Origin: Mobula hypostoma
Taxonomy: Eukaryota
Direction of reading: 5' to 3'
Length of the DNA stretch: 64,000 nt
NCBI RefSeq assembly: GCF_963921235.1
Contig: NC_086108.1
Location: 20,150,001-20,214,000 of the forward strand
Each line of letters starts with the position of its first letter. Position 1 is the stretch's first letter. Positions 24,782 through 38,474 of this stretch are shown here, piece by piece. Position numbers and translations under genes: made by a program. The notes beneath the pieces were generated by a model. It was given only the letters and a program-made list of their open reading frames with translations, did not search any database and was not told where the DNA came from.

Positions 24782-27370
24782 TCAAATGTTATCTAAACAA
24801 GATACGAGCCTATGGCATTACAGGAAAGATACTAACATGGATAGAGGATTGGCTGACAGGCAGGAGACAAAGGGTGGGAATAAAGGGAGTCTTTTCTGGT
24901 TGGCTGCCAGTGACTAGTAGTGTTCTGCAGGGGTTGGTGTTGGGTCCACTAATTTTCACATTATATGTCAATGATTTGGATGATGGAAATGATGATTTTC
25001 TGGCCAGGCTTACAGACGACTCAAAGATAGGGGGAGGGGCGGTGTTGGATCCAACTGTTTAATTCTTCGATTAGACTGTTTGTTTTTTCTTTGCAGTATA
25101 ACATTTATCTGATTGTATTTTCAGAAGTACTTACATGCATGTTATAGTTTATTATGCTTCCTAGTGATCATAATATGTATATGCAAGTTCAGTGTGCCCC
25201 TGAGTTGTTATACAAAGCATGATTCTGAAAGCTTCTCTTGGTACTGCATTATTTGAATAATAGCTATCTCATTGGTTAACACTCATCTACAAACTTGAAT
25301 GTTTTTTTATACCTATGGACAGGTAGGCAGAGGGGGTGGGATGGTAACATTGAAATCAAATCCTTAGGAAGAACTGATATTGGATCGGAAAATGTAGAAT
25401 CTTTGTGGGTAGAGTTAAGAAGCTGCAAAGGTAAAAAGACCCCGATGGGAGTTATTTACAGGCCTCTGAACAGTAGCCAGGATGTGAGCTACAAATTACA
25501 ACAGGAGATAGAAAAGGCACATAAAAAGGGCAATGTTGCAATAATCATGGGGCATTTCAATATGCAGATAGACTGGGAAAATCAGGTTGGTGCTGGGTAC
25601 CAAGGGATGGAATTTGTAGATTGTCTATGAGATGGCTTTTTAGAGCAACTCATGGTTGACCCCATTAAGGAATCGGCTATTCTGGATTGGGTGTTCTGTA
25701 ATGACCCAGATTTCATTAGGGAGGTTAATGAGCTCTTAGGAGGCAGTGATCATAGTACAATATAATTCACCCTGCATTTTGAGGAGGAGAAGCTAAAATA
25801 AAATGTTTCAGTATTACAGTGAAAGGGAATTCGTGTGTTGGCGCGTGGCCAAGTGGTTAAAGCATCGGCTTAGTGATCTGAAGGTCTCTAGTTCGAGCCT
25901 CAGCTGAGGTAGCATGTTGCGTCCTTGAGCAAGGCACTCAACCACACATTGCTCCACAATGACACCGGTGCCAAGCTGTATCGGCCCTAGTGCCCTTCCC
26001 TTGGACAACATCGGTGGCGTGGAGAGGGGAGACTTGCAGTATGGGCAACTGCTGGTCTTCCATATAACCTTGCCCAGGCCTGCGCCCTGGAAACTTTCCA
26101 AGGCGAAAATCCGTGGTCTCACGAGACTAACAGATGCCTATTATTAAAGGGAATTAGAGAGGGATGAGAGAGGAGCTGGCCAAAATTGATTGGATGCGAA
26201 ATCTAGCAGGGATGATGGCAGAACTGCAATGGCTGGTGTTTCTGGGGGAAATTTGAAAGGCACAGGAAAGATATACCTCAAAGTTGAAGAAGTATTCTAA
26301 AAGGAGGATGAGGCAACCAAGGCTGACAAGGGAAGTCAAAGACAGCATAAAAGTTAAAGAGTGGGCATATAATATAGCAAAAATTAGTTGGAAGGTAGTG
26401 GCTGGGAAATTTTTAAGAACTAATAGCAAACAACTAAAAAAAAACCATAAGGAGGGAAAAGATGACATATGCAGGTAAGCTAGTCAATAATATAAAAGAG
26501 GATATTAAATTTTTCAGATGTGCTATATAAAGAGTGAAAGAGATGGGAGTGGATATTGGACCATTGGAAAATGACGCTGGAGAGGAAGTAATCGGTGACA
26601 AAGAAATGGCAGAAGAACTGAATAAGTATTTTGCATCAGTCTTCATCATGGGAGGACACTAGCAGAATGCCAGAGATGCGAGTGTGTCAGGGAGCAGAAG
26701 TAGATGTTGCTTTTATTGAGGAGATGGTGCTTGGAAAGCTAAAAAGTCTGAAATTAGTTGAATCACCTAGACCAGATGGACTACACCCCAGCATTCTGAA
26801 AGAGGGGGCTGAAGAGATTGTGGAGGCATTAATAATGATCTTTCAATAATCACTAGATTCTAGATGAGGTTTTGGAGTACTTGGAGGCGCATGATAAATT
26901 CAGTCAAAGTCAACATGGTTTCCTTAAGGGGCAATCTTGCCTGACAAATCTGTTCAAATTCTTTGAGGGAATAACAAGCTGGATAGGGAAAGGAAAGTCA
27001 GTGGATGTTGTTAATTTTGATTTCCAGAAGGCCTTTGACAAGGTGCCACATGCAAAGATACTGAGCAAGATAAGAGCCCATGGTATTACAGGAAAGATGC
27101 CAGCATGGATAGAAGATTGACTGATTGGCAGGAGACAAAGAGTAGGAATAAAAAGGGGCCTTTTCTGGTTGGGAGTCGGTGACCAGTGATGTGGGGACCA
27201 CTTCTTTTCACGGTGTTTGTCAATGATTCAGAGGAAGGAATTGATGGCTTTTTGGCCAAGTTTACATACGATACTAAGACAGATGGAAGGGCAGGTAGTG
27301 TCGAGGAAGCAGGGAATCTGCAGAAGAACTTAGATTGGGAGAATGGGCAAAGTGGCAGTGGATTGAATAT
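24782..27370 (+). mobile_element. Old CR1 ORF2 fragments (24782-25045; 25315-27370)
   Basis: Degenerate motifs ESLWVELR, GVIYRP, RPDGLHP and DFQKAFDKVPH. Confidence 0.8.
25832..26145 (+). mobile_element. tRNA-derived CORE-like SINE with RTE-like 3' part; 10-bp TSD AAAGGGAATT
   Basis: Same head as 3675-3795. TSD at 25822-25831 and 26146-26155. 3' hairpin TCCGTGGTCTCACGAGACTAACAGATGCC followed by (TAT)n. Confidence 0.85.
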
Positions 27371-27373
27371 GGT

Positions 27374-27450
27374 AAACAAGAGAAAATCTGCAGATGCTGA
27401 AAATCCAAAGCAAAACACACAAAATGCTGTAGGAAATCGACAGGCAGCAT
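27374..27450 (-). mobile_element. Penelope-derived hammerhead element, left half
   Basis: AAATCTGCAGATGCTG...AAAATGCTG...CAGGCAGCAT; the continuation CTATGGAA is at 39401, as in the uninterrupted copy at 62441-62458. Confidence 0.75.
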
Positions 27451-30400
27451 AGAAACATAGAAACCCTGCAGCCCACAAAGTTGTGCCGAACATGTCCCTA
27501 CCTTAGAAATTACTAGGCTTACCCATAGCCCTCTAATTTTCTAAGCTCGATGTACCTATCCAAAAGTCTCTTAAAAGACCCTATCGTATCCGCCTCCACC
27601 ACTGTTGCTAGCAGCCCATTCCACGTACTCACCACTCTCAGTGTAAAAAACTTACCCCTGACATCTCCTCTGTACCTACTCCCCAGCACCTTAAACCTGT
27701 GTCCTCTTGTGGCAACCATTTCAGCCCTGGGAAAAAGCCTCTGACTATCCACACGATCAATGCCTCTCATCATCTTATTCATAAGGCATGCTCCCCAATC
27801 CAGGCAACATCCTTGTAAATCTCGTCTGCACCCTTTCTATGGCTTCTAAATCCTTCCTGTAGTGAGGTGACCAGAACTGAGCACAGTACTGCAAGTGGGG
27901 TCTGACCAGGGTCCTATATCGCTGCAACGTTACCTGTCGGCTCCTAAATTCAATTCCACGATTGATGAAGGCCAATACACAGTATGCCGTCTTAACCACA
28001 GAGTCAACCTGCGCAGCTGCTTTGAGCGTCCTACGGACTCGGACCCCAAGATCCCTCTGATTCTCCACACTGCCAAGAGTTTTACCATTAATACTATACT
28101 CTGCCATCATATTTGACCTACCAAAATGAACCCCTTCACACTTATCTGGGTTGAACTCCATCTGCCACTTCTCAGCCCAGTTTTGCATCCTATCAATGTC
28201 CCACTGTAACCTCTGACAGCCCTCCACACTATCCACAACACCTCCAATCTTTGTGTCATCAGAAAACCTACTAACCCATCCCTCCACTTCCTCATCCAAG
28301 TTATTTATAAAATCACAAAGAGTAAGGGTTCCAGAACAGATCCCTGAGGCACACCACTGGTCACTGACCTCCATGCAGAATATGACCCGTCTCCAACCAT
28401 TCTTTCTCTTCTGTGGGCAAGCCAGTTCTGTATCCACAAAGCAATGTCCCTTTGGATCCCATGCCTCCTTACTTTCTCGATAAGCCTTGTCTGGGGTACC
28501 TTATCAAATGCCTTGCTGAAATCCATATACACTACATCTACTGCTCTTCCTTCACCAATGTGCTTAGTCACATCCTCAAAAAATTCAATCAAGCTCGTAA
28601 GGCACGACCTACCCTTGACAAAGCCATGCTGACTATTCCTAATCATATTATACCTCTCCAAATGTTCATAGATCTTGCCTCTCAGGATCTTCTCCATCAG
28701 CTTACCAACCACTGAAGTAAGACTCACTGGTCTGTAATTTCCTGGGCTATCTCTATTCCCTTTCTTGAATAAAGGAACAATATTCGCAACCCTCCAGTCC
28801 TCTGGAACCTCTCCCGTCCCCATTGATGATTCAAAGATCATTGCCATAGGCTCAGCAATCTCCTCCCTCGTTTCCCACAGTAGCCTAGGGTACATCTCAT
28901 CCGGACCCGGCGACTTATCCAACGATGCTTTCCAAAAGCTCCAGCACATCCTCTTTCTTAATATCTACATGTCTTTTTAGTCTGCTGCAAGTCATCACTA
29001 CAATCAGCGAGATCCTTTTCCATAGTGAATACTGAAGTAACGTATTTATTAAGTATCTCTGCTATATCCTCCATTTTCATACACACTTTCTCACTGTCAC
29101 ACTTGATAGGTCCTATTCTTTTACGTCTTATCCTCTTGCTCTTCACATATTTGTAGAATGTCTTGGGGTTTTCCTTAATCCTGCCCACCAAGGCCTTCTC
29201 ATGGCCCCTTCTGGCTCTCCTAATTTCCTTTTTACGCTCCTTCCTGTTAGCCTTATAATCTTCCAGATCTCTAACATTGCCTAGCTCTCTGAATCTTTCG
29301 TAAGCTTTTGTTTTCCTGACTAGATTTATTGCAGCCTTTGTACACCATGGTTCCTGTACCCCACCATAACTTCCCTATCATTGGAACATCCCTATGCAGG
29401 ACTCCACACAAATATCCTCTGAACATTTGCCACATTTCTTCCGTACTTTTCCCTGAGAAAATCTGTTTCCAATTTCAGCTTCCAATTAAACACTTTTCTA
29501 ACTTGTCTGTTCCTATCTCCCTCCAATGCTATTGTACAGGAGATAGAATTGTGATCACTATCTCCAAAATGCTCTCCCACTGAGAGATGTCTCCTGACCA
29601 GGTTCATTTCCCAATATCAAATCAAGTACAGTCTCTCCTCTTGTAGGCTTATCTATATATTGTGTCAAGAAACCTTCCTAAACACACCTAACAAACTCCA
29701 CCCCATCTAAACCCCTTACTTTAGGGAGATGCCAATCGATATTTGGGAAATTAAAATCTCCCATCATGACAACTCTGTTATTATTACACCTTTCCAGGAT
29801 CTGTTTCCCTATCTGCTCCTTGATATCCCTGTTACTATTGGGCTGCCTATAAAAAACACCCAGTAAAGTTATTGACCCCTTCCTGTTCCTAACCTCCACC
29901 CACAGAGTCTCCGTAGACAATCCCTCCATGATGTCCACCTTTTCTTCAGCCATGACACTATCTCTGATCAATAGTGCCACGACCCCACCTCTTTTGCCTC
30001 CCTCCCTGTCCTTTCTGGAACATCTAAAACCCGGCACTTGAAGTAACCATTCCTGTCCTTAAGCCATCCAAGTCTCTGTAATGGCCATCACATCATAGCT
30101 CCAAGTACTGATCCATGTTCCAAGCTCATCCGGTTTGTTCACAACTCCTTGTGTTAAAATAGACACATCTCAAACCGTCGGTCTGAGCGCGTCCCTTCTC
30201 TATCACCTGCCTATCTTCCCTCACATACTGTCTCCAAGCTTTCTCTGTTTGTGAGCCAACTGCCTCATCCCCAGTCTCTTCAGTTCGGTTCCCACCCCTA
30301 GCAATTCCAGCTTAGACTCTCCCCAGTAGCCTACCCGCCAGGATATTGGTCCCCCTGGGATTCAAGTGCAACCCGTCCTTTCTGTACAGGTCACACCTGC

Positions 30401-30675
30401 CCCAAAAGAGGTCCCAATGATCCAGAAATATGAATCCCTGCCCCCTACTCCAATCCCTCAGCCATGCATTTATCCTCCACCTCATTCTATTCCTATACTC
30501 ACTGTCACGTGGCACAGGCCGTAATCCCGAGATTACTACCTTTGTGGTCCTGCTTCTCAACTTCCTTCCTAACTTCCTGTAGTCTTTTTTCAGGACCTCT
30601 TCCCTTTTCCTACCTATGTCATTGGTACCAATATGTACCATGACCTCTGGCTATTCTCCCTCCCACTGCAGGATA

Positions 30676-33600
30676 CCATAAGACCATAAGACAAAGTAGC
30701 AGAAGTAGGCCATTCGGCCCATCGAGTCTGCTCCGCCATTTTATCATGAGCTGACCCATTTTATCCTATTTAGTCCCACTGCCCCGCCTTCTCACCATAA
30801 CCTTTGATGCCCTGGCTACTCAGATACCTATCAATCTCTGCCTTAAATACACCCAATGACTTGGCCTCCACTGCTGCCCGTGGCAACAAATTCCATACAT
30901 TCACCACCCTCTGACTAAAAAAATTTCTTCGCATTTCTGTTCTGAAGGGGGCGCCCTTCAATCCTGAAGTCATGCCCTCTCGTACTAGACTCCCCCATCA
31001 TGGGAAACAACTTTGCCACATCCACTCTGTCCATGCCCTTTAACATTCGAAATGTTTCTATGAGGTCTCCCCTCATTCTTCTAAACTCCAAGGAATACAG
31101 TCCAAGAGCAGACAAACGTTCCTCATATGTTAACCCTCTCATTCCCGGAATCATTCTAGTGAATCTTCTCTGTACCCTCTCCAACGTCAGTACATCCTTT
31201 CTTAAATAAGGAGACCAAAACTGCCCACAGTACTCCAAGTGAGGTCTCACTAGCGCCTTATAGAGCCTCAACATCACGTCCCTGCTCCGGCACAAAGTCT
31301 GGCCCTGTAGCTCAGAAGGATAGGGCAAGGAAGAGGAGGGCAGTTGTGATAGGGAACTCGATAGTAAGGGGGTCAGATAGGCGATTCTGTGGACGCAGTC
31401 CAGAGACCCGGATGGTAGTTTGCCTCCCTGGTGCCAGGGTCCGGGAAATTTCTGAGCATGTCCAAGTTATCCTGAAGTGGGAGGGTGAGGAGCCAGAGGT
31501 CATGGTACATATAGGTACCAATGACATAGGTAGGAAAAGGGATGAGGTCCTGAAAGGAGAATATAGGGAGCTAGGAAGGGAGTTGAGAAAAAGGACCGCA
31601 AAGGTAGTAATCTCGGGATTACTGCCTGTGCCACGCGACAGTGAGAGTAGGAATGCGATGAGGTGGAGGATAAATGCGTGGCTGAGGGATTGGAGCAGGG
31701 GGGCAGGGATTCAAGTTTTTGGATCATTGGGACCTCTTTTGGCGCAGGCGTGACCTGTACAAAAAGGACGGGTTACACTTGAATCCTAGGGGGACCAATA
31801 TCCTGGCAGGGAGATTAGCGAGGGCTACTGAGGTGACTTTAAACTAGAATGGTTGGGGGGTGGGAATCAAATTAAAGAGGCTAGGCGTGAGGAGGTTAGT
31901 TCACAACAGGGGGATGAGAACCAGTGCAGAGAGACAGATGGGTGTAAAGTGAGAGTAGAAGCAAAAAGTACTAAGGAGAAGAGTAAAAGTGGAAGGCTGA
32001 CAAATCCAGGGCAAGCATTAAAAAGGGCCACTTTTCAACATAATTGTATAAGGGCTAAGAGAGTTGTAAAAGAGTGCCTGAAGGCTTTGTGTGTCAATGC
32101 AAGGAGCATTCGTAATAAGGTGGATGAATTGAAAGTGCAGATTGTTAATAATGATTATGATATAGTTGGGATCACAGAGACATGGCTCCAGGGTGACCAA
32201 GGATGGGAGCTCAACGTTCAGGGATATTCAATATTCAGGAGGGATAGACATGAAGGAAGGGGAGTGGGGTGGCGTTGCTGGTTAAAGAAGAGATTAACGC
32301 AATAGAAAGGAAGGACATAAGCCGGGAAGATGTGGAATCGATATGGGTAGAGCTGCGTAACGCTAAGGGGCAGAAGACGCTGGTGGGAGTTGTGTACAGG
32401 CCACCTAACTGTAGTAGTGAGATGGTATTAAACAGGAAATTAGAAATGTGTGCAATAAAGGAACAGCAGTTATAATGGGTGACTTCAATCTACATGTAGA
32501 TTGGGTGAACCAAATTGGTAAAGGTGCTGAGGAAGAGGATTTCTTGGAATATATGAGGGATGGTTTTTTGAACCAACATGTCGAGGAACCAACTAGAGAG
32601 CAGGCTATTCTGGCCTGGGTTTTGAGCAATGAAGAAGGGTTAATTAGCAATCTTGCCGTGAGAGGCCCCTTGGGTAAGAGTGACCATAATATGGTGGAAT
32701 TCTTCATTAAGATGGAGAGTGACATAGTTAATTCAGAAACAAAGGTTCTGAACTTAAAGAGGGGTAACTTTGAAGGTATGAGACGTGAATTAGCTAAGAT
32801 AGACTGGCAAATGACACTTAAAGGATTGACGGTGGATATGCAATGGCAAGCATTTAAAGGTTGCATGGATGAACTACAACAATTGTTCATCCCAGTTTGG
32901 CAAAAGAATAAATCAAGGAAGGTAGTGCACCCGTGGCTGACAAGAGAAATTAGGGATAGTATCAATTCCAAAGAAGAAGCATACAAATTAGCCAGAGAAA
33001 GTGGCTCACCTGAGGACTGGGAGAAATTCAGAGTTCAGCAGAGGAGGACAAAGGGCTTAATTAGGAAGGGGAAAAAAGATTATGAGAGAAAACTGGTAGG
33101 GAACATAAAAACTGACTGTAAAAGCTTTTATAGATATGTAAAAAGGAAAAGACTGGTAAAGACAAATGTAGGTCCCCTGCAGACAGAAACAGGTGAATTG
33201 ATTATGGGGAGCAAGGACATGGCAGACCAATTGAATAATTACTTTGGTTCTGTCTTCACTAAGGAGGACATAAATAATCTTCCAGAAATAGTAGGGGACA
33301 GAGGGTCCAGTGAGATGGAGGAACTGAGCGAAATACTTGTTAGTAGGGAAGTGGTGTTAGGTAAATTGAAGGGATTGAAGGCAGATAAATCCCCAGGGCC
33401 AGATGGTCTGCATCCTAGACCGCTTAAGGAAGTAGCCCAAGAAATAGTGGATGCATTAGTGATAATTTTTCAAAACTCGTTAGATTCTGGACTAGTTCCT
33501 GAGGATTGGAGGGTGGCTAATGTAACCCCACTTTTTAAAAAAGGAGGGAGAGAGAAACCAGGGAACTATAGACCGGTTAGCCTAACGTCGGTGGTGGGGA

Positions 33601-36600
33601 AACTGCTGGAGTCAGTTATCAAAGATGTGACAACAGCACATTTGGAAAGCGGTGAGATCATCGGACAAAGTCAGCATGGATTTGTGAAAGGAAAGTCATG
33701 TCTGACGAATCTCATAGAATTTTTTGAGGATGTAACTAGTAGAGTGGATAGGGGAGAACCAGTGGATGTGGTATATTTGGATTTTCAAAAGGCTTTTGAC
33801 AAGGTCCCACACAGGAGATTAGTGTGCAAACTTAAAGCACACGGTATTGGGGGTAAGGTATTGATGTGGATGGAGAATTGGTTAGCAGACAGGAAGCAAA
33901 GAGTGGGAATAAACGGGACCTTTTCAGAATGGCAGGCGGTGACTAGTGGGGTACCGCAAGGCTCAGTGCTGGGACCCCAGTTGTTTACAATATATATTAA
34001 TGACTTGGATGAGGGAATTAAATGCAGCATCTCCAAGTTTGCGGATGACACGAAGCTGGGTGGCAGTGTTAGCTGTGAGGAGGATGCTAAGAGGATGCAG
34101 AGTGACTTGGATAGGTTGGGTGAGTGGGCAAATTCATGGCAGATGCAATTTAATGTGGATAAATGTGAAGTTATCCACTTTGGTGGCAAAAATAGGAAAA
34201 CAGATTATTATCTGAATGGTGGCCGATTCGGAAAAGGGGAGGTGCAACGAGACCGGGGTGTCATTATACACCAGTCATTGAAAGTGGGCATGCAGGTACA
34301 GCAGGCGGTGAAAAAGGCAAATGGTATGCTGGCATTCATAGCGAGAGGATTCGAGTACAGGAGCAGGGAGGTACTACTGCAGTTGTACAAGGCCTTGGTG
34401 AGACCACACCTGGAGTATTGTGTGCAGTTTTGGTCCCCTAATCTGAGGAAAGACATCCTTGCCATATAGGGAGTACAACGAAGGTTCACCAGATTGATTC
34501 CTGGGATGCCAGGACTTTCATATGAAGAAAGACTGGATGAACTGGGCTTGTACTCGTTGGAATTTAGAAGATTGAGGGGGGATCTGATTGAAACGTATAA
34601 AATCCTAAAGGGATTGGACAGGCTGGATGCAGGAAGATTGTTCCCGATGTTGGGGAAGTCCAGAACAAGGGGTCACAGTTTGAGGATAAAGGGGAAGCCT
34701 TTTAGGACCGAGATTAGGAAAAACTTCTTCACACAGAGAGTGGTGAATCTGTGGAATTCTCTGCCACAGGAAACAGTTGAGGCCAATTCATTGGCTATAT
34801 TTAAGAGGGAGTTAGATATGGCCCTTGTGGCTACGGGGATCAGGGGGTATGGAGGGAAGGCTGGGGTGGGGTTCTGAGTTGGATGATCAGCCATGATCAT
34901 AATAAATGGCGGTGCAGGCTCGAAGGGCCGAATGGCCTACTCCTGCACCTATTTTCTATGTTTCTATACTCTATTCCTCTAGAAATGAATGCCAACATTG
35001 CATTCGCCTTCTTCACTACCGATTCAACCTGGAGGTTAACTTTAAGGGAATCCTGTACGAGGACTCCCAAGTCCCGTTGCATCTCAGAACTTTGAATTCT
35101 TTCCCCATTTAAATAATAGTCTGCCCGTTTATTTTTTCTGCCAAAGTGCATAACCATACACTTTCCAACATTGTACTTCATTTGCCACTTCTCTGCCCAT
35201 TCTTCCAATCTATCCAAGTCTCTCTGCAGACTTTCCGTTTCCTCAGCACTACCAGCCCCTCCACCTATCTTCGTATCATCAGCAAACTTAGCCACAAAGC
35301 CATCTATTCCATATTCCAAATAGTTGATGTACAATGTAAAAAGAAGCAGTCCCAACACGGACCCCTGTGGAACACCACTGGTAACCGGCTGCCAACCAGA
35401 ATAGGATCCCTTTATTCCCACTCTCTGTTTCCTGCCAATCAGCCAACGCTCTATCCACGTATGTAACTTTCAAGTAATTCCATGGGCTCTTATCTTGTTA
35501 AGCAGCCTCATGTATGGCACCTTGTCAAAGGCCTTCTGAAAATCCAAATATACGACATCCACTGCATCTCCCTTGTCTAGCCTACTGGTAATTTCCTCAA
35601 AAAATTGTAATAGGTTTGTCAGGCAGGATTTTCCTTTAAGGAATCCATGCTGAGTTCTGCCTATCTTGTCATATGCCTCCAGGTACTCTGTAACCTCATC
35701 CTTGACAATCGACTCCAACAACTTCCCAACCACCGACGTCAAGCTATCAGGTCTATAATTTCCTTTTTGCTTCCTTGCCCCCTTCTTAAATAGCGGAGTG
35801 ACATTTGCAATCTTCCAGTCTTCCGGAACCATGCCAGAATCTATCAACTTTTGAAAGATCATCGCTAATGCCTCCGCAATCTCCACAGCTACTTCCTTCA
35901 GAACACGAGGGTGCATTCCATCTGGTCCGGGAGATTTATCGACCTTTAGCCTATTCAGCTTCCTGAGTACTTTCTCTGTCGTAATTGTGACTGCGCATAC
36001 TTCTCTTCCCTGCCACCCTTGAGTGACCGGTATCCTGCTATCTTCCTCAGTGAAGACTGATGCAAAATACTTGTTCAGTTCCTCTGCCATCTCCTCATCC
36101 CCCATTACAATTTCTCCAGTATCATTCTCTATCGGTCCTATATCTACTCTCACCTGTCCTTTACTCTTTATATAATTGAAAAAGCTTTTAGTATCCTCTT
36201 CGATATTATTTGCTAGTTTCCTTTCATAGTTAATCTTTTCTCTCTTAATGACCTTTTTGGTTTCCTTTTGTAAGCTTTTAAAGACTTCCCAATCCTCTGT
36301 CTTCCCACTAATTTTTGCTTCCTTGTATGCCCTCTCCTTAGCTTTAACTTTGGCTTTGACTTCTCTTGTCAACCACGGTTGCATCCTTTTTCCACTCGAA
36401 AATTTCTTCTTTTTTGGAATATACCTGTCTTGCACATTCCTCATTTCTCGCATAAACTCCAGCCACTGCTGCTCTGCCGTCTTTCCCGCCAGTGTCTCTT
36501 TCCAGTCAACTTTGGCCAGTTCCTCTCTCATGCCACTGTAGTTTCCTTTACTCCACTGAAACACCGACACATCAGATTTCGGCTTCTCTTTCTCTAATTT

Positions 36601-38110
36601 CACAGTGAACTCAATCATGTTATGATCACTGCCTCCTAAGGGTTCCTTCACCTCACTCTCTCCAATCACCTCCGGTTCATTACACAATACCCAATCCAGT
36701 ACAGCCGATCCCCTAGTGGGCTCAACAACAAGCTGTTCTAAAAAGCCATCTCGCAGACATTCTACAAATTCTCTCTGAGATCCAGTGCCGACCTGATTTT
36801 TCCAATCTACTCACATGTTAAAATCCCCCACAATTATCATAACACTGCCCTTCTGACAAGCCTTTTCTATTTCCAGTTGTAATTTGTAGTCCACATCCCT
36901 GCAGCTGTTTGGAGGCCTATAAATAACTGCCATCAGGGTCCTTTTACCCCTGCTATTCCTTAGCTCAACCCATAAAGATTCTGCAGCTTCCGATCCTATA
37001 TCACCTCTTTCTAATGATTTAATATCATTTCTTACCAATAAAGCCACGCCTCCCCCTCTGCCTACCTTCCTATCCTTCTGATACACCATGTATCCTTGGA
37101 CGTTCAGCTCCCAGAGACATGCATCCTTTAGCCAGGTCTCAGTGATGGCCACAATATCATACCTGCCAATCTGTAGCTGTACGACAAGATCATCCACTTT
37201 ATTTCTTATGCTGCGTGCATTTAAGTACAACACCTTAAGACCAGTATTTGATACTTTTTGCTTTGATTTCACTGCAACTCATCCCAATGGCTACACATTT
37301 GCCCCATCACCTGCCTGTCTTTCCTGACATCTTTACTGCTCACTATCTTAGATTTATTTCTGTTTTCCCCTTCCTCCGCTCTATCATTCCGGTTCCCATC
37401 CCCCTGCCAAATTAGTTTAAACCCTCCCTAACAGTTCTATTAAACTTTCCCGCCAGGATATTGGTCCCCTTCGGGTTCAGGTGTAACCCTTCCCCCAGAA
37501 GAGATCCCAATTATCCAAGAATCTGAAGCCCTGCCCCCTACACCAGTCTCTCAGCCAGGCATTCATCTGCCTGATCCGACTACTCTTGCCCTCGCTAGCA
37601 CGTGGTACAGGTAGCAATCCCGAGATTACTACCCTGGAGGTCCTGCTTCTTAGCTTTCTTCCTAACTCCTGGAAAACTCTCTTCAGGACCTCCTCCTTTG
37701 TCCTATCTATGTCATTGGTACCAACATGTACCAAGACAACTGGCTGCTCACTCTCCTCCTTTAGAATATTCAGGACCTGATCCAAGACATCCCGTACCTT
37801 GGCACCTGGGAGGCAACACACCATGCGGGTATCTCTGTCAGGCTCACAGAATCTCCTGTCTGTTCCCCTGGCTATGGAATCCCCCACAACTACCGCATTT
37901 CTCTTCACCCTCCTTCTCTCCTGCACAACAGCGCCAGGCTCAGTGCCAGAGACCCGGTCACCGTGGGCGTCCCCCGTCAGGTCATCCCCCTCAACAGCAT
38001 CCAGAACAAGATATTTGTTGCTGAGTGGGACAGCCACAGGGGTGCACTCCACTATCCGGGCATTTCCCTTCCCTCTCTTGACAGTGACCCAGTGTTCTGA
38101 CCCCTGTAGC
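30676..38110 (-). mobile_element. CR1 subfamily C (30676-31288 + 34968-38110), with esterase ORF1 part and ORF2, split by CR1-B
   Basis: CCATAAGA tail. The junction CTGCTCC|TATACTCTATTCC is contiguous in the copy at ~63135-63155. Motifs VGDSIARG and LYLNARSI. Confidence 0.9.
31289..34967 (+). mobile_element. Young CR1 subfamily B with ORF1 esterase half and near-complete ORF2 (few lesions)
   Basis: ORFs 31346-31753, 31853-32305, 32448-34469 (673 aa) and 34494-34877; (TTTCTATG)n tail. Confidence 0.95.
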
Positions 38111-38474
38111 CTTGGACATGATCTGAAACATCCCAGACCCCAGCACCTGGGAGGCAAACTACCATCCGAGTTTCTTTCCTGCGTCCACAGAATCACCTGA
38201 CCCCCCTAACTATAGAGTCCCCTATCACTATTGCTTTCCTCTTCCTTTCCCTACCCTTCTGAGCCACAGGGCCAGAATCTGTGCCAGAGGCACAGACACT
38301 GTTGCTTCAGGTCTTAGGTAGGCTGTCTCCCCCAACAGTACTTAAACAGGAATACTTATTGTCAAGGGGTACAGCCACAGGGGTACTCTCTAGTACCTGA
38401 CTCTTCCCCTTCCCTCTCCTGACTGTTACCCACTTATCTGTCTCCCGTGGCCCCGGTGTGACCAACTGCCTATA

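Noticed and set aside
37477..38196. 239-aa ORF1-like protein
   Set aside because: Chimera across the CR1-D2/CR1-C junction near 38110.
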